DNA from: Pseudogymnoascus verrucosus | Lineage: Eukaryota | Reading direction: 5' to 3' (one strand) | Assembly: GCA_001662655.1 (NCBI GenBank) | Contig: KV460228.1 | Length of the DNA stretch: 64,000 bases | Shown: piece by piece, positions 12,712-25,153 of the stretch | Layout: each line of letters starts with the position of its first letter | Position numbering within the stretch: the stretch's first letter is position 1 | Notes under the pieces: model-generated | Told to the model about the DNA's origin: nothing | Databases searched by the model: none | What the model saw: only the letters and a program-made list of their open reading frames with translations | Translations under genes and position numbers: made by a program

Positions 12712-14262
12712 AGGGAGGAGGTGTGTGATGTATATATGAGATTATAGATGGGGTGGGGTGTTTGATTATGAAGATTCTTTTGTATTATGATTTAAGCTTC
12801 TCCGTTTACTTGCCTGTGTGTGTGATATAGCTGGCGGAGTGACTAACAGGGCAGTCAAGCAGACAGAAGTTCGGCCCTCTTAATTCACAAAATACACCTC
12901 TGTCTCACCTCCTCACAACACCATACGAAGCAATACAATCAAGAGAAGAATTTTTCCATATTTATTTATCCTTAATTAAACCCTCCATTCATTTTCTCAT
13001 CCATACTCCTAGAGAAGAGAGGCCATCCATCACTCACCCCCCATCAAACCAAACAACAGCAGTGAAAACAAAAACCCATCGCAAAACGTAAAAAACCAGC
13101 AGAAAAAGTCTCGTTAAAAGTAAACCACCCTCCCCCTCCAACTCAGCGCGTGCATAAAAGACAATACCAGCGGCACGTAACAATCTCCAGCGAACCAAGT
13201 GTCCGACCCCCTCTCCAGCACAACGATAAGCTACCATCCTCGTGATGCAGCAATACCCTCCCATCAATCCCCAATGAAAACCATAAGGTTATATAGACGA
13301 TCCGAAACGCAGTCATGGTGGCAGGAAATCTCCTCATAACCACCTCCTCCCCATCCTCCTTCGGCCACGACGCCTCATCGCTCGTTTCTCCATACGAGGA
13401 GGGAGGGACTTATACAATTTTTTCCCATCCACCCCAACCAACTGTGGGAGTCTATTGACATCGTGGGTGAATGACTTTCCTCCCTCTCCATATCTTGTGT
13501 GCCCGGCCCGCGATATAAGACGACTCTCGGTCATCCTCTCCCATATTGTCTCGCATCGGTAATAAAGCTCATCCCAACTCAACTCCCACCCACCGCTGCA
13601 CAGCTGACCGCAGAATGATCCACGCCCTCCCAGGCCATCAACTGCATCCCACCCATCCATTCCAAGTCCAGGTCCAAACGCATCAGTAAGCAATCATTAC
13701 ATCTCTGCGTTCGTCGTTTGGGATGGCGGGGAGGGAGGGCACAGGGTAGTAGGGCGGGCAAAGGTCGAAGGGATCATTGCACTGCATAACAACAACACAC
13801 ACGACATCTCAAAAAAAAGACTCTCCTCATCATCTCTCTCATCAGTCTTCTCTTCTTTGTTCATTTCTCTTCTCCCCCCATTTAAGAGGGCGAAAATAAA
13901 AACGCTCTCCCCTCTCTCCTCTCCGTTCGCCGCTCGCCATGCTTTCGATGCCAGCAAACCCCCTCCCCACTCTCCCCAGTTGCCGCCTCCATATCATGGT
14001 ATTCCTCGCAGGGGTATTTCCAGTGTCAAAAAAGGATAACAAATGCTGCCGACCAAATGCATATACCCTTTCGCGATGCAGCGCCTCCCCCCAAAAAGGC
14101 TCAGGCCAGAAAAACAAACGCAAAAAAAGAAAAAGAAATAACTCCCCAGCTCCATGCATGCTATGCTATGCTTTAATGCTTTCCCCCCTCCCCAATTGTC
14201 TTTCCCCACCAACAACAAAAGACAAAAACCAATTCTCATAAAAAAAAAAGGCACCCTCTCCT

Positions 14263-16384
14263 CTACCGCTTAAACATATAAAGCCCATACATCCCCCCCA
14301 CCTCCGCTCTCGCCACAGGCACCTTCCGCATCCCCCAGTACGTGGCTCCCATCTTCCACGACCTCGCTCCATCATCGCCTCCATCGGTTTTACTCAGATC
14401 GCGCACGAGCCAGCCTCGTCGACCAGCCTCTTTGACCACCCATCCTGCAGACTTGAAGGCGCGCTCGCGGTCGAGGAAGCGGTCGTAGACGCGCTGACAT
14501 ACCTCGATGACCTCGAGGGGCATGGAGAGCTCGTCGAGCGCTGTGGTAGCCTTGCCGAATAAAGCGCTGAAGTCGATGCTCTCAAGTCCGAAATCGGAGA
14601 TGTCGATGTAGCGCAGGGCGTGCGGGACCCAGCGGGCCAGCTCGTCGGGTTTGGTGGCTGGTGGTGGCTTCAGGAGGGGCACGAGAGAGGTATAGTTTAG
14701 GTTCCTGCCGAGGCCGAGCTCTTCGACGTGCTTGGTGAGTGGCTCGAGGAGGGAGAGGTGTGTAGCGTTCATAGCGCTGCCCTTGAGGTTTAGGGATTTG
14801 AGAGTGGAAGGGAGGATAGAGAGGAGGGAGGTAACGTGTGTTTCGGCGAGCAGCTCGGCGGACTTAGCGTCCATGTAGAGGTTGAGGTAGAGGAGCTCCT
14901 TGACCGAGGCGTGGGTGGTGAGGAATTCGACGACGGCGTCGCCGGAGAGAGACTGGCATCTGCTCAGGTTGAGGTGCGTCAGACGCGCTGTCTCGGGGAT
15001 AGCAGCGAGTGCCTTGTCGGACATTCGGGTGCGGGCGACGTCGAGGTGGGTGAGGTTCGGGAGACGCGGGAGGAGCGTCTCGAGGACCACGGAGGGTAGG
15101 ATGGTGCACTCGTGGAAGGAGAGGCGTGTGATGGGCATCAGCTCCGGGAGGTCCGGAGAGCGCACAAATGTCATCATGGATGTGCGGAAGATGGCGGAAG
15201 AGGCTGCGCAGAAGTCCAGAGCGCGGAGCTGCGGGTTATTGAAGAGCTTGCGTAGGACATCCACGCTGAGCTCTTCGTCAATGTGCTCTTGGGCCAGGAA
15301 CTCGCGGAGATTGGGCAGCAGCTCCAGGCACTCTAGCATCGTCTGCTGAGTCAGGTTCTGCGTCTCGGCGCGCTGCCGCGCAGTCACGCCGGATCCGGTG
15401 GGGTTGAAGTGCGAGAAGTCGAGGCGGCGCACAATCGTGCCCAGGGCGGGGTATTCCTTGATATGGTGCAGGAGCTTGCGGAAGACGGTCGAGTGCGGGA
15501 TGGTGACCTGCTTGTACAACGTAGCGAGCGTCGCGGAGTGCAGCGCGCGCGAGGTCAAGAGGAGGGCCATCAGGTCGATGTTTCGTGGCTGCAGGCCATT
15601 CGGAGGAATGTCCGCGACCATCTGGTCAATAATAGCGCCTAGTATAGTGTCAGCAGAATCGTCTAGTAAAATTATAGTCACAACAAAACTCACCCAGTAA
15701 CTCAGTCGGCAGCCTCTCGAGCGGTGCTTCGCCTGCCGGGAAAGTCGACGGCTTGACGGGCTTGGGAGGCTGGACGGGGGCGAGGAAGGGGGTGGGCTCC
15801 CAGGTGAAGCCCTTGTTGGAGAATTGACGCAGGTCGCTGAAGCTCCTGCTGGCCATCTTGCCCCTCACGGGGATCTCCTTCCAGCCACGGAAGCCATCGC
15901 AGGGGCAGACGAAGGAGTGCAGGTTCGACGCTGGGTTCGTTAGCGGTGCGCCTAGCGCCGATGCCATTAATTGAGATGGAACCTGTGAGTCCGTGGGCAC
16001 GTTCGGCGCGGCCGAGGCGGGCGGCGAGATGATCACCGGCGCCGCCGCGGCCGAGGCACCCTCGTTGTCGTCATCGGTGGTGGTGGGGGAGGAGGAGAGC
16101 GAGACGTCGGTGGGCGAGATGGGGGAGGTGGCGCGGTCGGAGTCGCTCTCGTCGATTGCGTCGTCGGGGAAGACGGCGTAGGAGGAGATGCGCGAGTCGA
16201 GGAAGGACTGGGCGACTGCGGAGCGGTCCTCTTTCACCGAGGCGAAGGAGGTGCGCTCCTCGCGGTCGGCGGTGAAGGTAGGCTCGGTGTTCTTGCGCAG
16301 CGTCTCCTCCCTCAGCGGCATCTGCTTCTCCCCCGGGGCGCGCTGCCTGGGTGCTGGCACTGCCACCGGCGTCGACACGGCCAT
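14263..16384 (-). CDS. F-box/leucine-rich-repeat protein (YLR352W-like); exons 16384-15694, 15638-14263
   Basis: Intron 15639-15693 (GTGAGT..GCTGAC..TAG) yields the F-box-like LERLPTELLGAIIDQM, followed by LRRs (LPNLTHLDVART, LTHLNLSRC, LKSLNLKGS). Confidence 0.82.
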
Positions 16385-19300
16385 GTCGTGGCCTGTCGTG
16401 GCCGTCGGTGTGTCACAGTAGTTGTTTATGGTTGCGTTTGGATTGTGTGAATTGGGGTTCGTTTGTGGTGGGGTCGCGACGATTGTGGTCGTGGGAATGG
16501 CGGGGTTAATGGCGTCAGAAGGTGGTGGTTTTTTTTGTGAAGATGGTTTGAGGTTAAAAGAGTTGAAAGAAGAAGAGCAGCGAGGATTTAAAAGATTTTC
16601 CTCGGTTTTTGGCCACGCCTCGCAGACCGGTGTTAGTCAAGGATATGCACGAAGGCAGGGTACGGTGGTGTAGTTGGTGGTGTTGTTCTTGGGAGCGGGG
16701 AAGCCGGAAGAGAGGTGAAGGAAGTTGGTGAGTAGGTAGGTGGTGTTGTTGTGGTGTGAATTGAGGCGGGAAAGAAGGCTGATCTGACTGTTCTAGCGGG
16801 AAGATTTGAGGTTGAGGTTTTGGAGAGGTTCGGAGAGGTTTGAAGTGAGGTTACGAGTGACTAACAGAGTACTCGTTGATTGTGGCGAATGTTGTACTGA
16901 ATTTGTATTTTTGGTCGTACTGAAGTGCGTTCTGTGCACTGTTCGGTGTACAATCCTGTGCGTACTGTACAGCGCAGCGCTTCTATGCGTGTGTACTAGA
17001 CAGGTACATATAGGGTATATATGTTCGATGACGAGGGCAGGAACGGTCTAAAGAATTGTATCTTTAATCTTTATAAAATAAAAAGAAGACTGAAGATTGA
17101 AGAGGGCACAGAATCAGGGCACAAGAGGGAAGGGCCGCCGGTTAATAGACAATTGGGCCCTTTTTTTTTCTGGGGATTTCTGGCAGTTCTCTCTACAGTT
17201 GACTGCACTATCTGAGAGTGGAAGGAGGAGAAAAGAGGAAGGAAGAAGTGGAAAGGTAAGGTGGTAAAGTGGGATGGTCAGTTGGTATGGGATGGGATGA
17301 TTTTAGGTGGGAATGGTCAGATGAAGGAGGAGGAGAGGGAGGAGAAGGAGAGGGAAAATAGTGGTATGTGGATTGGATGGATGGATGGACAATGGAAAAT
17401 GGATAGATGAGTTAGTTGAGTTGATGGGTGGATGTTTGGTGGTGGGATGGATGGAGGTGGATGTCTGAGTGACTTGTGTGTGAAGTAGCAGTACAGACAT
17501 ATGAAGTTGTACAGGGTACTCGTGTGTGCATAGCATAGACTAGAGTTGTGTATAGTAGAGTAGAGTTTTGTGTTAGTTGTGTTTATAGTGTGTGTATAAA
17601 TGGAATCTCCGTATGGTATATTCACGACCACTCCCTCCATGTGTGTGTGTGTGGTGGGCGTGTATGGGCGTTTATTGCCGTCGTATTGGTGTGAATTGAC
17701 CTGGCGTTAGTCATGGAAATTCACATTTCACATTTTTGCACCCCATCCCGCCGTCCACTACAGTAATTTTCACAGCAATAAGTGGACAAACAGTGGGGAT
17801 TGGTAGGTTGACTAAACGGCCTCTTCTCTCGCTTACAGCGTTTAAAGTTTGCCGTGCTAGGGTATTGTATCGTAATGTATTGTACTAAGAGGGTACGTAT
17901 CTGGTAGGTGCGGCGGGGGGAACGCGGAAGAGGGGAGGGGAATAGGACGAAGAGGGAATAGAGGGGACGGAAAGCGAGAGATGAAGGGGAAACACAGCAG
18001 AGAAGGGGGAACGGAGTTGAGAAGGGGGGAGAGACAGAAGAGACAAAAGCACAGTAGCAGCAGTAGCAGACCGGGGAGAACGGGAGAAGGGAGGGTGGGA
18101 TTGGGGGCTGATTGGATACCCAGTCGATCTGACGTGCAGAGAGGGAAGGAAGGAAAGGTCCGATCTGCAGTTAAGACAGGCCGATGGTGCAGGAATGGAT
18201 AGTGCATATAACTGATTGTATAACTAACTGTATAGGAGTAGTTAAATAGCTGCAGTGGACACTTGGCGAGGATGAAGTATAGTATACAGCATAAGGTACT
18301 GTGCGAAGAAGGAGTGAGTGGTCTTATACAGTACGTGCAGACAGACGATATGGTTCAATATGGTGCAGGTGCAGGCCAAAGGATCTGAGCATATGTGAGC
18401 ATACGAGTAACCTATAGTACGAGTAAGCATACCAATGCAATGCACTGCACTCCTCCTGTCTGCTGCCTTCCTCTCCTGTTCCCCTATATCGGTGCTTGCC
18501 GACAGGACACAAACAAGGGTATAGCAAGGTCACAGCAGTGCACATCAACACACATCAACACACAGCAGCAGCACAACAAGATACAGTAGAGCAACACAGA
18601 ACTCTTGGACCTCACCCTCACTTCCCCATCCCCTTCACCCATCGGCATACCCTCCCCATCCTCCCCGATCATGCACCATAGCACCGCATTAGTCCCCTCT
18701 TCCTCCCCGGTTACTGTCACCCTCCTTCCCCATCCCCCCCCATCCTCGCCCTCACTTACGTACTATATACCCCCCTCATCACCATACAATACCATACAAT
18801 ACCCATCCAATCCAACACCTACCCCGTCCATCCCATCACCACCCCATATCCCATCCCCTCGGTTCATGACGGTACTATGCCAATATATAGCGTGCTCCCA
18901 TCTGTTGGTCGTCCACTGCATACACCACAGTATGGTCACATTACCCTCTCCCCTTCCACCGATCCCGTGGTCAAGCCCGTGGTCAATGGGCAATACAGCC
19001 GCCTCAATTGGACGGCACCAGTTTCCATTACCCCTTCAAAACTCAGGACAGGACGACCGACCACACTCCGCTCCGCTCCTTCCTCCGCCGCTGTACTCTA
19101 TACGACTTGTCCGCGTATTACATACTTTATTATACTGTACTATTCGTACTGCTTCGTACAACCAACCCTACTCTACTGTACACTACTCCCCCCTCCATCC
19201 ATCCCAAGCTTGCATAACCCTCCTCACCCCATCAAAGGTAAAGTCATACCAACGATCCAGCCCCCTCCCATCCCGTGACCCTGTCCGACCGCCCGCCGCC

Positions 19301-20082
19301 AAAACAGAATCGTACGTTTCTCTGTTGCCTGGCTGGCTTCCTTGTCCGCCGCGGAACTGTAAGGGCTGCTGTCTTACATAATATCCGCGCCGGGGAGGAG
19401 ACTTATGTAATTCATGCTACGTTGGTAATGCTACCTTACTCTCTTGTCCTCGTACCCCTACCACAGAAAAACTGTAGAGGACAGTACAAACAGTACAAAC
19501 AGTACACTCCACCACACAACAGTAGTGAAAGTAGTGAAAGTAGTAGAAGTAGTACACACCCACACCGGGACGACGCGGAATCGGGAGCGCACGGCGACGA
19601 CGGCGGCGGGCGGGTTAGCTGTGTCACACCACGACCAACAGAGTTATCACGTGGATTGAAAAAAAAGGCTTGGGGGTGGAGTTGGTGTTTAATTTCTTGT
19701 CTGGGAGAAGGCTTGGGGTTTCAATTGGATTTTCTTGGTGGGGAAGGGGGGTGGGGTCACGTGGATGGTGTGTGTGTGTGTGGTGAAGATCAGTTATATC
19801 AAAGTAATGAGTGGTGGGATGGAGAGTATTGACGAAGTCTCGGGCGTGAGATATTCGTAAAGGTGAATGGAATGAACCCCCGTTTTTGGGGGATGTTTGG
19901 AAATTTATATGCTTGCATAGAGGGAGAATGTAAGTTCGAGGGTGAAGCTGAGTAATATTAATTTTGGAACTCTTTTAGTTTAATTATGTGTGAATAAAAT
20001 AATAAATTCCTGAAATATAAATGGCTGGGAACTCTAAAAAGTTAAATATATTTCTAAGATATCTATTATAAAAATGAAAATA

Positions 20083-21208
20083 TCACAAACCCAACCCAAA
20101 CACCTCATTCACCCTACCCTTCTCATTCATAGCCACCCCCTCTCCTCTCTCTCCCCCCTCATCCCTCCCCTCACCCTCCCCCTCACCCCCCTCCCACTCA
20201 AACGCATACTCCCTCCTCACCACCCTCAACCTCTCCTCCAACCTTTCCCTATCCTCCACATCCCCCCTTTCCTCCGCCTCCTTTATATCCCCCTCCAACC
20301 ACCTAACCTTCCACCCCTCCACGACCCTCAACCTCGCCTCCCCCGCCAACTTGACACACTCTTCACTCTGAAAGTTTTCTAAGTCTGGCCATCCGCATTC
20401 TAGGAAGACTTTCTTGACAGCCTATTCCCCGTTAGCACAGAACACGACAACCCTCAACCCGTCCCTGAACTACCAACGCACCAAGGAAAAAGAGGGAAAG
20501 AAAGACAAGAAAATAAAGAAATCCAAAACTCACCACCCCCTCCTGCTCCCCCGCAAAACACACCTGATCCTCCACCGAATCCCACCCCCCGCCCTTCCTA
20601 TCCCTCCTAAACCCATGCATCGGCACCACTTCCAACCCAACAAGTTTCTTCCAAGCCAGATCAAAAAACTCCTCAATCCCCACGGGCACATACCACATCC
20701 ACTCCGGCTCGTCCGGCTTCGCATGAACCTTCCAATGACTCTCACTCGGCCACACCAAGCCGGTGTCGGTGTCGATAACCCACCATACGCCCGCCCAGCC
20801 GTGGGTCAGGGTTACCATTCCCGGTAAGGGGGATTTGTGCGGGGAGAAGGGGTAGATATTCACCAACCCCCCTTCCTCGCCCATCCTCTCGTTGATCGTG
20901 GTGGGGGACTCCCATTTCCGGTCTAGGTAGGAGAGGTGCTCCGTCTCGGGCCAGACTTGGATTTCTTTATCCAGATAAGGAATATGTTTCAGCAGCTCGA
21001 TGACCGTCTCGTTGCGTCCGATTAGGCGGAGAGCGGAGGTGTTGAGGCGCGAATCGGACCACCCCGACGCTGGGGGGTGGAGGATCGAGGTGGGGGGGAT
21101 GTAGCCCATTTGTGAGAGGGTGGTGTAGTGGCGCGTGAGGAGCCGGGTGAGGGTTGTGCGGTTGTAGGGGGGGACAATAGAGGGGGAGGGGGTGGGAGGG
21201 GATGACAT
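20083..21208 (-). CDS. Hypothetical fungal protein; exons 21208-20534, 20421-20083
   Basis: Intron 20422-20533 (GTGAGT..GCTAAC..TAG) joins the 258-aa and 88-aa ORFs in frame. Globular-looking N-terminal part and charged coiled-coil-like tail. Confidence 0.7.
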
Positions 21209-21748
21209 TTTGGGAGTTGAGGAACTGGTATCCTGGGATGGGGTTTGAGTTCCCTTTGGTGGCGTGAGCGAGGAGAGAAGAGCGATGGAGTCGTGGTCGT
21301 CGTCACAGACTCTGTGGTTTTATCGTGGATATGGCGATATACTGCTGCGGCGCAAGACGTCGAACTGCCCTCATCTCATCTTATCTCTATCCCCACCCCA
21401 CTATCGACCCTAGGAAAAAAGTGAAGCTATATATAGAGCTCTCACTATCCGTAGCTCCTTGGCCATACCCTTTGATACCACCCCCTCTACTATTTCTGCA
21501 TATATTTCCGACCTTCTTCTTTTTTCTCGATATCATATCTACATTCAATCCCCCCCCCCAACCCAAAATAGGCCATAAAATAATTACGCGCCCTTAACTC
21601 TGACTCTAACGATCGACCGAACCTTCTATGGAAGCGGAGCCTAGAGTCAGCCATAGGATATACGGCTAGGGAGCTTGTAGATGGGCAATCTGGGTTTGAA
21701 TTGATGATGTTTTTAGTCTGTGGTGTGCTGCGGTTTCTCCGTATTGAT

Positions 21749-21848
21749 GTCGTTTGCCTATGGTGCTGTCGTTCGCCTATGCTATTGTCGTTTGCCCATG
21801 GTGTTGTCGTCTGCCCATACTGCTGTCATCTGTCCATATTGCGTCGTT
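21749..21848. repeat. 19-bp minisatellite, ~5 copies (GTCGTTTGCCYATGGTGYT consensus)
   Basis: Units start at 21749, 21768, 21787, 21806 and 21825. Confidence 0.85.
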
Positions 21849-22360
21849 CACACATGGGTTCTGTCACCAACCCACAAAACATGAGTTTGACAGAGACAAA
21901 AGGAGAAAACCAAGAGTAGATACAGATTTAAAGATGGAAATAACATCGACTTTGACAACACAGACAAAAAATGAGAAATCAAGAGCTGTTGGAGATCTAA
22001 CCGACGGCGGAATAATATGAGTTTGATAAGAGACACACCTGTGAATTTATAACTATAAATCCAACTCAAGAGCAGTTTGAACTTTTCAGAAGCACTCCCA
22101 CCTTACTGCGACCTAGTTACAATGCCCAACCTTGGAGCAAAAGGTCCGGATTTTAGAGTGGTTACTTGGTTTGCCAGTCGTCTAATTCGGCGACCTCAGC
22201 CTCGCCTCCCCGGCTACAGCCTCGCGGCCCGGCGCACAGACCTCGGCATCTACAGCCTCGTGTGGGGAAAGTGTGGGGAACCCGGCGAGGTTATATCCGG
22301 CTTCTCTGTCTCTCCCGCGCTCTCTTTCTTCTTTTACCAAAATTTTGTTTGTTTATAGTT

Positions 22361-23917
22361 ATGTCTCAATTCGCTAATTTGGGAGTTCTTTGTCGACGCG
22401 CTGCTGTAGGGGGTGCGAGGCCGCTGGTGAGGGGGAGCGGAGTGAGGATGATGGTGGGAGGGAGGAGAGGGATGGCGAGTGCGAAGGCGGTGGAGGGGGA
22501 TGATGGGAAGTTACCGTTGAAGGGGGTTAGAGTGCTTGATATGACGAGGGTTTTGGCTGGGGTATGTATCCCTTCTGAGCTGCGCAATGGACAGCGTGGT
22601 GCTGTGGAATTGGACCAATGCTGATTGAAACCGCAGCCGTATTGTACGCAGATTTTGGGAGACCTGGGGTAAGTCAACCATTTCATACTCATACTTCTCT
22701 ACGCGACTGTTGGGGGTTTCTAGCATACAGAGAGGAACATTGGGACCATACAGAGAGCCATTGACTGACAAACCCCCAGAGCGGAGGTAATCAAAGTCGA
22801 GCACCCCGTCCGCGGCGACGACACACGCGCCTGGGGTCCTCCCTACGCCCCATACTCGAAAGAGTCCGGCCTCACCGGCCCCGGCGAAAGCGCCTATTAC
22901 CTCTCCGTAAACCGCAACAAAAAATCCCTCGCCCTCTCCTTCCAGCATCCCTCCGGCGTCGCCGCCCTCCATAAACTCCTCCCTACAATCGACATCCTGG
23001 TCGAAAACTACCTCCCCAACACGCTGGCGAAATATAACCTCGACTACGCCACCCTCTCGGCTTTGAATCCGAAGCTTATTTACGCTTCTATCACGGGGTA
23101 TGGACAGACGGGACCGTATGCGCCGCGCGCGGGATACGATGTCATGGTCGAGGCGGAGATGGGGTTAATGCACATTACCGGCTCGCGCGACGGCCCGCCG
23201 GTGAAAGTCGGCGTCGCGGTGACCGATCTGACGACGGGTCTATACACCAGCAACGCCATTATGGCCGCCCTCCTAGCGCGCGCGCGCACAGGACGCGGCC
23301 AGCACATCGACGCCGCGCTGTCGGATTGCCAGGTCGCTACTTTGAGTAACCTCGCTAGTTCGAGTTTGGTGAGCGGAGAGCGGGATAGTGGGAGGTGGGG
23401 GACGGCGCATCCGAGTATTGTCCCCTATCGCGCGTTTCCGACGAAGGATGGGGAGTTTTTGGTTGGGGGGGGGAATGATAGGTTATTTGGGATTCTGTGT
23501 GAAGGGCTTGGGAAGGGGGAGTGGGCGGGGGACGAGAGGTTCAGGACGAATGCGGAGAGAGTTGCTAATAGGGTGGTGCTGGAGGGGATGATTGAGGAGA
23601 TTACGAGGGGGAGGACGACGCAGGAGTGGTTGGAGGCGTTTGAGGGGAGGGGGATGCCGTATGCGGCGGTGAATGATGTTAGGGATACGTTGGATCATGA
23701 GCATGTTAGGGCGAGGGGGATGGTGGTGAAGGTTGGGCATGGGGCGTGTGGGGAGGTGGAGATGGTGAATACGCCGGTGAAGTATAGTGAGGCGCAGCCG
23801 GGGATTAGGACGGCGCCGCCGCTGCTGGGGGAGCATACGGAGGAGGTGTTGGGGGAGATGTTGGGGATGAGTGCAGAGGAGATTGAGGCGATGAGGAAGG
23901 AGGGGGCGGTCAGGTAA
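22361..23917 (+). CDS. Family III CoA-transferase (CaiB/BaiF; SUGCT-like), probably mitochondrial; exons 22361-22561, 22637-22668, 22780-23917
   Basis: [50 protein letters not shown] and ASITGYGQTGP..GYD motifs; Arg-rich presequence-like N-terminus; two canonical introns. Confidence 0.92.
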
Positions 23918-24109
23918 GTGGGTGGAATGTCTGCTGTGGGAAGCAGGTTCGGGAGCTGTGATGATAGACATGAGCGTGTAAGAGGTACACGCCCCCTGCT
24001 TCCGGCAGTTGAGGGTGCGCCTGTACGACTGAGTACAGTTTTGGACAAAGAAAGATATTATTTGAGCATTCCAACACATAACTGTAGCTTATGGGCTGCC
24101 ATAGATTAA

Positions 24110-24761
24110 AATCAACCTTTATGGTAACAAAGAACATACTCTTTAAGCTTTCCAACACCGAAATGCAACCCCATAAGCTACTATAGACCGAAACCGGCCT
24201 TTGGTTGAACCCGACCGTGCCTTTGGCTACTCCAGTTCGGCCTTCACAAGCAACCAGCGAAGAATAATCGATACCCTAGTCGACGATAAGTTCGGAAAGA
24301 GCTACGCCATGCCAGATGACAAGCTTCTGTTTCCGTTCCTCGTTATCGAGTTCAAGTCACAGGCAAAGGGTAGCACGCAGTATATTGCATCAAACCAAGC
24401 CGCGAATGCTGGTGCCATTGCTCTATACGGCTACCTAGAATTGATGCAGCGCAGCTCCCACATACAGAAGCTTGATATGAGCAACCCACAATTCTTTTCT
24501 GCTAGCATCGACCACGAACAGGTGCGGATAAACGTACACTGGTTAAGTGGTGGGGTAGATGGGGATTTAACCTACAGTTTCCATGTCGAGGTAGTTGCTA
24601 AGTATTTGCTAGACAGTAAAGAGGGGGTTAGAGCTGCTATGGAGGCAATTAAAAATATCCTTGACTATAGCCTCGACACTCGGCTAAGGGGAATATCTGA
24701 AGCATTGGACGAGTACCGTGAGATTTTTGTAGCCGCGAGAGATGCAGAAGTGTTTGAATAA
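24110..24761 (+). pseudogene. 5'-truncated relic of a fungal PD-(D/E)xK nuclease-like protein (DUF7924-like)
   Basis: PDRAFGY...FPFLVIEFKSQ...ASNQAANAG matches the PD..ExK pattern. There is no ATG before the core motif, and in-frame TAA stops lie at 24144 and 24174. Confidence 0.6.
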
Positions 24762-25153
24762 GTGTTCTAGGCAGGTGGTGATAAGACCTGTGGTGGTGGG
24801 ATCGTGTTCGTGAGCAAAAAGAAAAATTTCCTGCTAGATATTATTATGTTGCGTTACTTTATTGCCATCGTCTTATAAATATCACTTTGCTGTCGTTTGG
24901 GCGACGTTGTTCTGGGCGATGGGCGCTATATTTGGATGAGGTCTCCGGTACCTTTTAGACTTAGCTCTAAGAGCGGACAAGGACCCTAGACTATGACGTC
25001 ACACGAGCACCTCGAAGGAATCTGGGAAGAAGCTGGCCCAGCATCAATTGGCCAGTCAGGACAGTCTCGATTAATATATATTTAGCGTTGTGAACCTATA
25101 TGGAGATGCTTTTCGACTCTTGAACGCCCCGCGAAAGAAACCCCTCAAACGCG

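Noticed and set aside
18605..19832. 258-aa and 185-aa ORFs in the large intergenic region
   Set aside because: Non-ATG starts and low-complexity P/S/Y content arising from C-rich DNA; no domain or splice support.
21749..21848. Regularly spaced repeats as a CRISPR-like array (also 35398-35593 and 58415-58556)
   Set aside because: Contiguous tandem units without unique spacers, eukaryotic context and no cas genes.
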